From Chthoniobacterales bacterium (lineage in GTDB: Bacteria; Verrucomicrobiota; Verrucomicrobiia; Chthoniobacterales; UBA6821), in NCBI GenBank assembly GCA_019747895.1, contig JAIEQF010000008.1, forward strand, positions 13,501 through 77,500: a DNA stretch of 64,000 nucleotides, in the 5' to 3' direction. The notes under the pieces are model-generated. The model did no database searches. It was not told the DNA's origin and saw only the letters and a list, made by a program, of their open reading frames with translations. Of the stretch, positions 1 through 9,766 are shown in pieces; position 1 is the stretch's first letter, and every line of letters starts with the position of its first letter. The position numbers were made by a program, and so were the translations under genes.

Positions 1-40
1 TGTAGAAAAGCCTGCGCTCGTGAGATAAGCTCTCTTCTTT

Positions 41-1483
41 ATGACAAAGAGTATTGGTATCGGCCTTGCAGGCTTTGGAACCGTAGGAGCAGGAGTCTTT
101 GATTACCTGCAACATCAGAGTGATCTTCTAGCCCAGCGTTCTGGATTTCGTTTTGACGTTCGTTCCATCGTCGTTCGTGATTTAAAAAAAAATCGTGATG
201 TTGCTGCTCCGAGTTCACTTTTTACGACTTCTTGGCGTGATCTTCTAAAAGACCCTGAGATCAAAATTGTAGTGGAACTTTTGGGAGGAACAACCGATGC
301 CCTTGATTTAATCAAGGCAGCCATTGAATCAGGTCGCATGGTCGTGACGGGCAACAAAGCCTTGCTCGCAGAGCATGGTCAGGAAATTTTTGCTCTTGCA
401 AAAAAACATGATGTTCCCATTTTTTATGAAGCTGCGGTCGCTGGTGGCATTCCGATCATCCAAAGCTTGCGAGATGCTTTTGTCGGAAATCGTATTGAGT
501 CGATTCATGGCATTCTCAATGGGACGAGCAATTACATCCTCTCTCGCATGCAAGAGGCAGGACTCGACTACAAAGCCGCTCTAGCAGAGGCTACAGAGCT
601 TGGTTATGCAGAAGCAGACCCTACACTCGACATTAATGGGGGAGATGCCGCGCACAAAGCAATTATTTTGGCGGCACTGGCGTATGGATTTTGGGTGAAG
701 CCTGAAGCAATTCGTGTCGATGGAATTGAAGAGGTAACTGCAACAGATATTGCTTTTGCACGCAATCTCGGTTACCACATCAAACTCTTGGCAACGATTC
801 GTTCCGCACCAGATGATTCGATTGAGGTGACCGTTGCACCTACGCTCATTTCTAAAAATAGCGTCTTGGCCTCAGTGAATGGGGTTTTTAATGCTATTGC
901 TGTCAAAGGAGATCTTGTGGGAGATGCTCTTTTTTATGGGAGAGGTGCGGGTCGTAAACCGACAGCAAGTTCTGTAATCGGAGATCTCGTTGAAGCTGCT
1001 TTTATGTTAGACCTCTTGCATAACTCTACTGCTAACGCGCATTGTGGCGTCGCTCCGGTGCTCGCGTCATCGAGTATTAGATATACACTCAGCCGCTGCG
1101 CGCCGGAGGCTCCTGGCACTGCATCGCCAGCAGCGATTTCTGCAAGAGGTCTGTTGGACTCATCACGTCGGCATGTTGGCTTTGCCTCACACACGCTCTA
1201 TGGAGCTAGCCGTGCTGCTACTGACATTTGTTCTTATTACTATTTGCGATTAACAGTCGAAGACCAACCGGGCGTGCTTGGAAAAATCGCAACGCTTCTC
1301 GGCGCTGCTGAGATCGGCATCGCCTCTGCCATTCAGCCTGAATCACTGGAAGGCTCAGAAACATCTCTTGTCTTTATGACGCATCAAGCATCATACGGAA
1401 TGATGCGTTCAGCTCTGAAAGAAATTGAAAAGCTGGCTTGTGTTAAAGCGAAGCCTGTGATCTTCAATGTTGAGGCGGTTTAA
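41..1483 (+). CDS. hom: Homoserine dehydrogenase with C-terminal ACT domain; carries a 48-codon in-frame palindromic insertion
   Basis: GLAGFGTVG Rossmann motif, EAAVAGGIPII, GILNGTSNYIL, GYAEADPTLD, ACT domain DQPGVLGKIATLLG. Confidence 0.96.
   Translation: MTKSIGIGLAGFGTVGAGVFDYLQHQSDLLAQRSGFRFDVRSIVVRDLKKNRDVAAPSSLFTTSWRDLLKDPEIKIVVELLGGTTDALDLIKAAIESGRMVVTGNKALLAEHGQEIFALAKKHDVPIFYEAAVAGGIPIIQSLRDAFVGNRIESIHGILNGTSNYILSRMQEAGLDYKAALAEATELGYAEADPTLDINGGDAAHKAIILAALAYGFWVKPEAIRVDGIEEVTATDIAFARNLGYHIKLLATIRSAPDDSIEVTVAPTLISKNSVLASVNGVFNAIAVKGDLVGDALFYGRGAGRKPTASSVIGDLVEAAFMLDLLHNSTANAHCGVAPVLASSSIRYTLSRCAPEAPGTASPAAISARGLLDSSRRHVGFASHTLYGASRAATDICSYYYLRLTVEDQPGVLGKIATLLGAAEIGIASAIQPESLEGSETSLVFMTHQASYGMMRSALKEIEKLACVKAKPVIFNVEAV
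1009..1152 (+). mobile_element. RPE-1-like palindromic element inserted in frame in hom
   Basis: 12-bp perfect terminal inverted repeat AGACCTCTTGCA/TGCAAGAGGTCT, 144 bp long, core 51/57 identical to the reverse complement of 56222-56278. Confidence 0.85.
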
Positions 1484-1524
1484 CTAGATCTGAAAAATGA
1501 CGGAGTCATTTTTAGATCTAGTTA
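1481..1524. repeat. Hairpin, AAAATGAC-N-GAGTCATTTT family (second copy at 9561-9600)
   Basis: TAACTAGATCTGAAAAATGAC-GGA-GTCATTTTTAGATCTAGTTA, beginning at the hom stop codon. Confidence 0.75.
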
Positions 1525-1680
1525 GTTCGCCGTTCGCAGTTGGCAGAAAATTTAAAATGAAACGCTTTATGAAAAAGAAAAATCTTTTTCACTCCGCCAT
1601 TATAAAATAGCATAAACTTTTCTGATGAAGCAACGAGCTGAACATAACTGCGAACCACCAACTGTGAACTGTCAACTGCC
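1524..1680. repeat. Inverted heptamer-arm cassette (AGTT(C/G)GC family)
   Basis: Left arm AGTTCGC CGTTCGC AGTTGGC at 1524-1546; right arm GCGAACC ACCAACT GTGAACT GTCAACT at 1646-1680. Confidence 0.75.
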
Positions 1681-2758
1681 ATCGCTTCGCAATGACACCG
1701 GCCTCATCAACCGCTATCGCGAATACCTTCCTGTAACAGCAAAAACGCCGATCATTTCTTTGAGCGAAGGTTCGACGCCGCTTCTTTTTTCACCCAAGCT
1801 GAGTCAGTTGACGGGAGGAGAAGTTTATCTCAAGTTTGAAGGATTAAATCCTACCGGTTCTTTCAAAGATCGTGGTATGACGATGGCCATTTCTAAAGCT
1901 GCTGAGCGTGGAGCAACGACCGTTCTCTGCGCTTCCACCGGCAATACATCAGCCTCTGCAGCTGCCTATGCCGCTCGTGCAGGAATGAAATGTGTTGTCA
2001 TTCTTCCGGCAGGACGCATTGCTACTGGAAAAATGGTTCAAGCTTACATTTATGGTGCTACAGTCATTGCTATCGAAGGAAACTTTGATGATGCCTTGCG
2101 CATTGTTCATGAGTTGGAAGCCACAGGGAAATTTGTTGTTGTTAATTCAACCAATCCCGATCGCATTGAAGGACAGAAGACGGCAGCCTTTGAAATCATC
2201 GAGGAGTTGGGGAGGGTGCCTGATTTGCACATTTTGCCGGTAGGCAATGCTGGAAACATCACCGCTTATTGGAAAGGGTATTGCGAATTTCAACAACGAG
2301 GTCACACTTCTCGATCACCAATCATGCTTGGAGTACAGGCTTCTGGGGCAGCTCCTTTATTTCATGGTGCACCGATGGACCAACCAGAAACGCTTGCAAC
2401 AGCGATTCGTATCGGCCGACCAGCAAGCTGGAATGGTGCTATGACAGCCATGAAAGAATCAGGAGGAGCTTTTGATATTGTTTCTGATGAAGAAATTTTA
2501 GCTGCGCAACAATGGCTTGCTAGCAACGAAGGAATTTTTGCTGAACCTGCCAGCGTGACGCCAGTTGCTGCATTATTAAAATATTTTTTACATCGTCAAT
2601 CTTCGCCTGAAGCTCTTCGTGAAAAATTAGCGACTAAAATGACGATAGTGCTAACGCTCACCGGCCATGGCCTCAAAGATCCAGATACTGCACGTCATGC
2701 GATCACCGATCCGATCGTGACAAAAGCGACGACGGAAGCGGTGCTAAGCAGGCTATAG
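1625..2758 (+). CDS. thrC: Threonine synthase (start uncertain; N-terminus overlaps a repeat arm)
   Basis: EGLNPTGSFKDRG PLP-lysine motif, CASTGNTSASAAAY, PVGNAGNI, TGHGLKDP. Confidence 0.95.
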   Translation: MKQRAEHNCEPPTVNCQLPSLRNDTGLINRYREYLPVTAKTPIISLSEGSTPLLFSPKLSQLTGGEVYLKFEGLNPTGSFKDRGMTMAISKAAERGATTVLCASTGNTSASAAAYAARAGMKCVVILPAGRIATGKMVQAYIYGATVIAIEGNFDDALRIVHELEATGKFVVVNSTNPDRIEGQKTAAFEIIEELGRVPDLHILPVGNAGNITAYWKGYCEFQQRGHTSRSPIMLGVQASGAAPLFHGAPMDQPETLATAIRIGRPASWNGAMTAMKESGGAFDIVSDEEILAAQQWLASNEGIFAEPASVTPVAALLKYFLHRQSSPEALREKLATKMTIVLTLTGHGLKDPDTARHAITDPIVTKATTEAVLSRL

Positions 2759-2762
2759 GAGA

Positions 2763-2955
2763 CAGGTTGCAGCATTTCAGGTTACAGGTTACAGCTTATA
2801 AAAGACTACAAAAACAGATAGCGGCTTTTTAGATTATCAAATAGCGATGAAACAAAAAGTGTCTCTTTGTTTTTAAATGATTTTAGCCTGTAAACTCCAA
2901 CCTACGACCTGTACCCTGAAATGCTGTACCCTGAAATGCTGTAATCTGTAACCTG
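2763..2955. repeat. Inverted heptamer-arm cassette (CAGGTT(A/G) family), no cargo gene
   Basis: Left CAGGTTGCAGCATTTCAGGTTACAGGTTACAG at 2763-2794; right ...CTGAAATGCTGTAATCTGTAACCTG at 2885-2955; AT-rich spacer. Confidence 0.8.
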
Positions 2956-2961
2956 TTTCTC

Positions 2962-4191
2962 ATGCCTCTCATCGTCCAAAAATATGGTGGAACTTCTGTT
3001 GCTAATCCCGAACGGATTAAGCACGTAGCTCGCCGTTTGTTGGCGACGCAGCGACAAGGAAATTCCGTGGTAGGAGTGGTCTCTGCCATGTCGGGTGTGA
3101 CGGATGGACTGATTCAATTGTCTAAACAAGTTTCAGATATACCAGTAAGTCGTGAGATCGATGTCTTGCTAGCCACGGGAGAACAAACAACCATGGCTCT
3201 AACCGCAATGGCGATTGAAGCTCTGGGAGGCAAGGCGGTCTCACTCACAGGAGCTCAAGCGGGAATTGTCACCAATGGATTGCACACGAAAGCAAAAATC
3301 CATCATATTTTACCTGAGCAAATCAAAAAACATTTAGAGCAAGGCAAAATTGTTATTGTCGCTGGCTTTCAAGGAGAGACCGAAGAGGGCGAAATCACAA
3401 CGTTAGGCCGTGGTGGCTCTGACCTCACTGCCATTGCTTTGGCCTCCGCACTTCAAGCTGATTCTTGTCAAATTTTAACGGATGTTGATGGTGTTTTCAG
3501 CTGCGATCCTCGCCTTGTTCCCAAAGCTCAAAAAATTGATATCATTTCCTATGATGAAATGTTGGAAATGGCAGGGAGTGGTTCTAAAGTGATGCAGTCA
3601 CGTTCTGTCGAGTTTGCAAAAAAATATAGTGTCAGTTTTGAAGTTTGTAATAGTTTTAACACACAACCAGGAACAATCGTGAAAGAAGAATCGCCATGTA
3701 TGGAACAAGTCGTTGTCCGCGGCATTAGCGTAGAACGAAATCAAGCAAAGGTCACTATCACGAATGTTCCCGATCGTCCTGGCTGCGCCGCTCGCATTTT
3801 TGCAACAGTCGCTGAAGCGCAATTGAATATTGACGTGATTGTTCAAGACGTCTCTGCCAATGGCACAACCAATATTTCTTTCACGCTCAATCGTGATGAC
3901 CTTGAAAAAGTCGGCACAATGCTCGATCGCGTTGCTCAAGAAATCGGCGCAGGGGAGGTGCGAAAAGAAGGCGGCATCGCCAAACTGAGTGTTGTTGGTA
4001 TCGGGATGAGAACTCACTCTGGTGTTGCCGCAAAACTTTTTGAAGCGCTAGCCCAAGGCGGCATCAATATTCAAATGATCTCCACCTCTGAAATTAAAAT
4101 TGCCGTCATCATTGATGAGGCTGATATTGTTTCGGCGGCTCAACTAGCCCACACGGCCTTTGGATTAGATCGGAAAGAGGAGAAGAAATAG
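2962..4191 (+). CDS. lysC: Aspartate kinase
   Basis: VQKYGGTSV, TTLGRGGSDLTA, TDVDGV, two C-terminal ACT domains ending ISTSEIKI. Confidence 0.96.
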   Translation: MPLIVQKYGGTSVANPERIKHVARRLLATQRQGNSVVGVVSAMSGVTDGLIQLSKQVSDIPVSREIDVLLATGEQTTMALTAMAIEALGGKAVSLTGAQAGIVTNGLHTKAKIHHILPEQIKKHLEQGKIVIVAGFQGETEEGEITTLGRGGSDLTAIALASALQADSCQILTDVDGVFSCDPRLVPKAQKIDIISYDEMLEMAGSGSKVMQSRSVEFAKKYSVSFEVCNSFNTQPGTIVKEESPCMEQVVVRGISVERNQAKVTITNVPDRPGCAARIFATVAEAQLNIDVIVQDVSANGTTNISFTLNRDDLEKVGTMLDRVAQEIGAGEVRKEGGIAKLSVVGIGMRTHSGVAAKLFEALAQGGINIQMISTSEIKIAVIIDEADIVSAAQLAHTAFGLDRKEEKK

Positions 4192-4279
4192 CCACAAAAG
4201 AACACAAAGATCACAAAAAAAAGAATTTCGCTTATTCTATCGTTTTTTCTTTTGTGCTCTTTGTGTTCTTTTGTGGCTA
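4189..4279. repeat. Inverted 9-mer-arm cassette (GCCACAAAG family)
   Basis: TAGCCACAAAAGAACACAAAGATCACAAAA paired with TTTTGTGCTCTTTGTGTTCTTTTGTGGCTA between convergent lysC and pyk. Confidence 0.85.
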
Positions 4280-4294
4280 TTTCTTTTTTTCGCT

Positions 4295-5707
4295 CTAAAT
4301 CTTCCGCAGCTGAATCAAATCAACATGCTCTTCGTTTTCAATCACGTCACTCATGACAATCAGGTGATTTCCTTTGTGGAGGAGTGATTTTTTGAGGAGG
4401 TGTGCTTCGATTTCTTTAATGACGGTTTCTGGACCATCATTCACAGGATGCACAATCGGATAAGTTCCCCAGTTGAGGATGAGTTGGCGTGCAACAACGT
4501 CCGAAGAGGTGATGGCAAACACAGGTGCCATCTCGGGACGAAGCTGGCTGGCGTAATCGACCATGAAGCCATGACGCGTAAAGACGGCAAGTCCTGAGTG
4601 CGGAAGTGAATTGGCAAGAGCTACACCGGAGCGTGCTGTTTTTTGACGAGCATTTTCAGATTCTGTCTGCTTCGCATAAGAAGCATGACCGCTACGTTCA
4701 ATACGACGAGCGACACGATCCATGACACGAACACATTCCACAGGATACTTTCCAACAGTTGTTTCACCGCTAAGCATGATAGCATCAGCTTGTTCAAAGA
4801 CAGCATTGGCTACGTCCGTAATTTCAGCGCGTGTCGGCACTGGGTTTTCAATCATCGACTCCAGCAAGTGAGTAGCCACAATCACGGGACGTCCTAGTTG
4901 GATCGCCTTCTTCATGATGCGACGTTGAATGATCGGAAGTTCTTCCATTGGGCATTCGATACCAAGGTCTCCACGTGCGATCATCACGGCATCCGTTGCT
5001 TCAATGATTTCGTTGATGAACCTCACGGCACATTGATCTTCAATTTTAGCAATAACGCGAGCGGTACCTTTATTTTCGGCAATGACACGCTTCATTTCAA
5101 GAATGTCACCTGCTTCCCGACAAAAGCTCAGAGCAATGAAATCTACGCCCAGTTCACATCCGACAGCCACATCAGCAATATCTTTTTCGGTGAGGGGCGG
5201 GAGATTGACACGTACGCCAGGAAGATTGATGTGACGACGAGATCCCAAAGGACCAGGAGTGAGGACCTCACAGCGAATACGATTATTTTTTTTACTGAGA
5301 ACTTTAAGATGCAGAACACCATTGTCCACGAGCATCACATCACCTTCAGAAATATCATCGATGAGACCGTCGTAGTTGACATTCACCGAATAAACTTCTT
5401 CACTCGCAGCACCACGCACGGTGAATTCTAGAATATCGCCAACATTGAGTTGAAGCTTGGAAGGAAGATCGCCAGTACGAACAGCAGGGCCTTGTGTGTC
5501 CATCAAGATGCCCACAATAAGACCTAACTCTTCAGCAATTTTACGAATAATAGGTACAACCCTACGCACGGAATCATGATTGGCATGGCTCATATTCAGA
5601 CGAAAAATATTCGTCCCAGCCAACATCAATTCACGAAGGCGCTCAGGAGTTTCGCTGGCAGGTCCAAGGGTGGCAATGATGCGGGTTTTACGTAGGGTAG
5701 GAGTCAT
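4295..5707 (-). CDS. pyk: Pyruvate kinase
   Basis: RKTRIIATLGPAS, RLNMSH, DTQGP, IAKIE, ARGDLGIE, MLSGET; start placed at MTPTLRK. Confidence 0.95.
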   Translation of the reverse strand: MTPTLRKTRIIATLGPASETPERLRELMLAGTNIFRLNMSHANHDSVRRVVPIIRKIAEELGLIVGILMDTQGPAVRTGDLPSKLQLNVGDILEFTVRGAASEEVYSVNVNYDGLIDDISEGDVMLVDNGVLHLKVLSKKNNRIRCEVLTPGPLGSRRHINLPGVRVNLPPLTEKDIADVAVGCELGVDFIALSFCREAGDILEMKRVIAENKGTARVIAKIEDQCAVRFINEIIEATDAVMIARGDLGIECPMEELPIIQRRIMKKAIQLGRPVIVATHLLESMIENPVPTRAEITDVANAVFEQADAIMLSGETTVGKYPVECVRVMDRVARRIERSGHASYAKQTESENARQKTARSGVALANSLPHSGLAVFTRHGFMVDYASQLRPEMAPVFAITSSDVVARQLILNWGTYPIVHPVNDGPETVIKEIEAHLLKKSLLHKGNHLIVMSDVIENEEHVDLIQLRKI

Positions 5708-5856
5708 ATGAGAAATGGTGAAGTTGAGGAGGTTGTTTCGCAAAAGTTGAAAGATTGAAAGAGGAATTTATAATTTGTGTCAGGCTTTCACAAAAGAAAG
5801 TGGTCAGAAAGAATGCCGTAGAAAGGAGAGGGAAGCAAGATTCTCTTTTTAATATG

Positions 5857-7026
5857 TCATAACCAGTTCCACCATGAATTCCAATATTCATCCCATGTTC
5901 TTGTATTTGATTCGGAAGTCCTTGAATTTTTAATAAGGTATGATATGGAAAATGGGGGTGGTTCAAGATCGTTTTCATGAATTTTTTTCATGTAGACTAA
6001 ACGAAAACTAACGTCACAAGGGCTCCCGCTAGGGCCCATGCAACTATGGGATGTATAATCCATGGTATCTCCCTCCCAGGGTAGGCCGCAGTAGCGTGAA
6101 TAACCTCTTAAGGTGACGAGTTGAGTTTCTCTAGAGAGCACAACCCCTGTTGTCCATTGCTTTGCATTGCCTCCCATGTCATAAGTCCCAAATGGTCCAG
6201 GTGACGCAGAAAAAATACCAACAGGAGTTAAATCAGGAAAACCGAAAGGACACATAGAATTGCGGGGAGTTATAGAGATAGAGCCCATGACTATTGTCGG
6301 TTTTTCGTGAAGGCAGTAATTAGCATTTTTTGTTGGAGAATCTTCTTGGTTGTCTTCTTCAGCGGCACTATTGCCTGGAGGATCATCACTCTGTGTTGAA
6401 TAGCTCCAATAATGAGTCTGATTATTTTTGTTGAAATAAGCAGCCTTGTACCATTCATCATCGGTAGGAAGACGCCATGTAGCATTGGATCGAAGAGAGA
6501 CACTTTTTTCTGTTATTAAATAACTTCCATCTTCCGTTGTTGAAGCATCTTGGTTTCCTGTTGGTTGGTGATTACTCATCCAATTGCAGAAGCGAATGGC
6601 ATTTAAAAAACTGATGATAGTGATGGGGTAGTTTTCTCTTCCTGGGACAATCTGGTACTCATATTCCTTTTTGGAATTGAGTGATCTTATGATGCAATGA
6701 ACACCAAGGTCTGTGTCCATTGCAATATTATAGATGCCATGAGGATCTTTTTTAGCAACTGCTTTGAGAAACTCGCAATATTGAGCCACGGTCACATCAA
6801 ATTTTCCAATTTGATATTCGTAATCAACCTTGCCGAGCCCTGTCCGAGTATCTGCTGGATTGCATGGAGCATCAACGGTAACGAGGTCTATCGTGATGGG
6901 TTGAGTACTCTGCGCAACAAGCCAAGCAGGATGAAGAAAAATTAACGAGAGCGTGACCAAAAGAAGACGGGGAAAAAAGAGAGAGCTATTATTTTTTTTC
7001 TGCTCTTTTGAAGGGGGTGGTATCAT
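5857..7026 (-). CDS. Secreted FGE-sulfatase (SUMF1/C-type-lectin-fold) domain protein
   Basis: Signal-peptide-like hydrophobic stretch; IGKFDVTVAQYCEFL, RLPTDDEWYKAAY, GTYDMGGN, SFRL motifs. Confidence 0.8.
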   Translation of the reverse strand: MIPPPSKEQKKNNSSLFFPRLLLVTLSLIFLHPAWLVAQSTQPITIDLVTVDAPCNPADTRTGLGKVDYEYQIGKFDVTVAQYCEFLKAVAKKDPHGIYNIAMDTDLGVHCIIRSLNSKKEYEYQIVPGRENYPITIISFLNAIRFCNWMSNHQPTGNQDASTTEDGSYLITEKSVSLRSNATWRLPTDDEWYKAAYFNKNNQTHYWSYSTQSDDPPGNSAAEEDNQEDSPTKNANYCLHEKPTIVMGSISITPRNSMCPFGFPDLTPVGIFSASPGPFGTYDMGGNAKQWTTGVVLSRETQLVTLRGYSRYCGLPWEGDTMDYTSHSCMGPSGSPCDVSFRLVYMKKIHENDLEPPPFSISYLIKNSRTSESNTRTWDEYWNSWWNWL

Positions 7027-7184
7027 GCTACGAGCAATGCATCATAGACGTAGTTGGTTCGTTAAGTAACTCAATTTTTAATAATATTCTAATAATATGG
7101 AGCCTTGTGTTTTTAATTATTGAAAGAGGAGACAATTTAATTAGCATCGAGCCTCTCAGAATTAGAATTTCTCCCCTTTGACTC

Positions 7185-9560
7185 GTGAAGAGCTATCTTT
7201 TATTACTCCTACTCCTGTTTTGGTTAAGCACACAGGAAGCAATTTCTGAGTCATTCGATGAGCCATCAAGCCCAATGATGATGCTTCCTCGTGGAGAGTG
7301 CAGGATGATTAATGATGGGCGTCTTGATCAAGAGCGTGGAAGAGCTCCCTATCTTGCTCGAGAAGCCAACCGAAACAGTCTCACTAGACCTGATGGAGAT
7401 TGGGTTCAACGCCGTGATGCTTCAGATTGTATGGCAGAGGAAAGTGATGAGGAGAGTGATGATGATCCTTCTGATGAAGGAGAAAATAATTTGAATGATT
7501 GGTCTGGCAGTGGGCCTTCTAATTTTTTTATAAATGGGAGCATCATGGATGCTACTAGCGGACATATTTCCAATCGTAAGCCTTTCGCTATCAAAGCATC
7601 TGTAGAGCGCGCGCCTGTACCAGGAGTTGGGCCTCATGAAAAAGCTTCAGTAGGCTCAATGACTTTAGCAGCAGCTGCAGGGACCTCTCCACCAGGTTTG
7701 TTTGCTGGGCGTCGCATTGCTGTGAGTCCACAAGATCTCATGAGGCAAGCACTGGTTGACTCACTAATAACTCATCCTCGCCCTCTCGGTGAAGCCTCGG
7801 GAGGTCTTCATCTCGATCCCGAATCACTGAAAGTCGTAGAAGGTATCGATAAACTTCATGCATACCAGCGTCAACATGCAGTTGTTTCTCAAGTTAGGAC
7901 TGAGCAAAAGACGGCATTAGCAAATGAGGAAGGGCGACGAATAGCATCAGCAATCAGCAATGAATCTAGAGGTTTTCAAGAAATAGCAAGGTTACAGAAC
8001 GAAGTTAATCAACAAGCAGTACGAGAGGCTCAAGAAATAATGGGAGAGCAGGGAATAGTAGGTATAGATGTTAACGAAAGGGGACGTCAGTTATTTAGAG
8101 CACGTCTAACAGATGATCAACGCCTATTTATTCAACACCATCCACACCAACCAGCTGTGAGAGGTGCATTTGGACGGAGAGGATATGATGATCTTGTGGG
8201 GCGGCCTATCCCCAGCAATCAACTTCTAGCAGCATCAGAAGCAGTAAAGCGCTTAAAAAGTAATCAGAATATTACGATTCCTGGTGGCGACTTGGCACTC
8301 ACTGCTGAAGACGCCATCGCTCTCAAAGCTCCAGAAGAAGCGGATCTAGAACCAGCTCCACAATCATTTTTTGGAAGAATGCTCTCGATCAATGCGGCGG
8401 GAAGAACGGAGGAAGAGAAAGCAGCGAATCAATCATTAACCCATCGTTTTTTTGATGTGCTCAACACGCTACTTCAACCCGATGTGATGAAAGTAGTCTG
8501 TCCTCCAAAAGAACAAGAACGCTTGATGGAAAGCGGAGCTCCGTTACGGCTTGAAAGAGCCGCTCAGATTCTGAGCGATGCACGCGCGGTTGCACTTAAA
8601 ATTAGAAATGCCCAAGCGGCTCAACCTAATGTCGATCCTTTAACAACGCGTGCTATCGTCATCGCCAACTATGCCAAAACAATTGCTGCTCGTGCATCAA
8701 TGGTTCATCGTGCTGCAGGAGATCACGGGGAACTTTTTCTGAATGCTGCTGGTCGTTCTCTCGTTGCTGCGGGCAGTGCTGCGAGTTTTGCTGGAAAGGC
8801 GACGGCTCTTGCCTCTGTAACGGTTGGTAGTCTCGTGGCACCGGCTTATCTGGCTCCTCTGGTGCCACTACTTCACAATTCATTATTGTACTATACGGTG
8901 AGGGGTGTCTCTTTGGCAGTTGGTGGTTATTTAGGGAATCGTCGTTCTAACGATATCATGAGAGAAGCTCATGAGCATGGTGATAGCCTTCAGAGTAGTG
9001 CGGCCCAGTGGCTTGCTCACCATGCCCTGGATAGCAGTGTGACCAGTTTAGGGGTTTTTGGTGCAGCTGTAGTAGTATCAGAGATAATAGGGGAGAGCGT
9101 ATCAGAGGTGAGAGGGATGGTAGGTACTGCTAATCTCGATGAGGTAAGAGACGTGCTCTTAGGCGGGGCCTTCCTGAGCTTGCTCGCAGAAGGGGCCGTA
9201 CTTGTTCCTGCAATGTTTACTGCAGACTACCTCGGTTCTACTGCTGCCTCTTTTGCACGTGCTCCACTTTCTCGCTTGGTCACAACGCTTGAAGTGGCCC
9301 GTGAGGCTGTTGCCGCGTTCCAGAGAGCAAGTGTGGCACGCACAGAGAATGCTGAAGCACAGACGAACGAGCGACGAGCACTTGCCACTGCCGTGAATGT
9401 TGCAACGCGTGCCGTGGAAAATTCAACTCCAAAAAATCGAGCAGCCAACGAGCAGGCGCTCGCTCAAGTTCAGGAGGCGGCTGCAGAAGCCAATCGAAGG
9501 CCGCTCGTCATCGATCCCTCTAAGAAGATGTTGCCGCCACCATGGCGACGAGGAATTTAA
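7185..9560 (+). CDS. Hypothetical secreted/membrane protein, 791 aa
   Basis: Long ORF with N-terminal signal peptide, acidic tract, Ala-rich hydrophobic segments in the C-terminal half; no family recognised. Confidence 0.75.
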   Translation: MKSYLLLLLLLFWLSTQEAISESFDEPSSPMMMLPRGECRMINDGRLDQERGRAPYLAREANRNSLTRPDGDWVQRRDASDCMAEESDEESDDDPSDEGENNLNDWSGSGPSNFFINGSIMDATSGHISNRKPFAIKASVERAPVPGVGPHEKASVGSMTLAAAAGTSPPGLFAGRRIAVSPQDLMRQALVDSLITHPRPLGEASGGLHLDPESLKVVEGIDKLHAYQRQHAVVSQVRTEQKTALANEEGRRIASAISNESRGFQEIARLQNEVNQQAVREAQEIMGEQGIVGIDVNERGRQLFRARLTDDQRLFIQHHPHQPAVRGAFGRRGYDDLVGRPIPSNQLLAASEAVKRLKSNQNITIPGGDLALTAEDAIALKAPEEADLEPAPQSFFGRMLSINAAGRTEEEKAANQSLTHRFFDVLNTLLQPDVMKVVCPPKEQERLMESGAPLRLERAAQILSDARAVALKIRNAQAAQPNVDPLTTRAIVIANYAKTIAARASMVHRAAGDHGELFLNAAGRSLVAAGSAASFAGKATALASVTVGSLVAPAYLAPLVPLLHNSLLYYTVRGVSLAVGGYLGNRRSNDIMREAHEHGDSLQSSAAQWLAHHALDSSVTSLGVFGAAVVVSEIIGESVSEVRGMVGTANLDEVRDVLLGGAFLSLLAEGAVLVPAMFTADYLGSTAASFARAPLSRLVTTLEVAREAVAAFQRASVARTENAEAQTNERRALATAVNVATRAVENSTPKNRAANEQALAQVQEAAAEANRRPLVIDPSKKMLPPPWRRGI

Positions 9561-9749
9561 AGTCCGTTCAGAAAATGACAGAGTCATTTTTGAACAGACT
9601 CAGGCTACAGGTTGCAGACTACAGGCTAGAGTTACTTGAAGAAAAAATCACGATTTTTTGAATCCGCTCTTTGTCATGGGAGATCATTTTTATAAGTGAT
9701 CAACTTTTAAAATTTTCTACGAACTGCGAACTATCAACTACGAACTGGC
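9561..9749. repeat. Hairpin followed by two heptamer arms from different families
   Basis: AGTCCGTTCAGAAAATGACAGAGTCATTTTTGAACAGACT at 9561-9600; CAGGCTACAGGTTGCAGACTACAGG at 9601-9625; CGAACTGCGAACTATCAACTACGAACTGGC at 9720-9749. Confidence 0.7.
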
Positions 9750-9766
9750 GTTGTGCAACAACGCCA

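Noticed and set aside
41-4191. Missing thrB in the hom-thrC-lysC cluster as a pathway gap
   Set aside because: Homoserine kinase is often encoded elsewhere or replaced; this cannot be judged from one window.
5857-7026. Diversity-generating retroelement target
   Set aside because: FGE/C-lectin folds can be DGR targets, but there is no reverse transcriptase and no template-repeat copy of the 3' region in the window.
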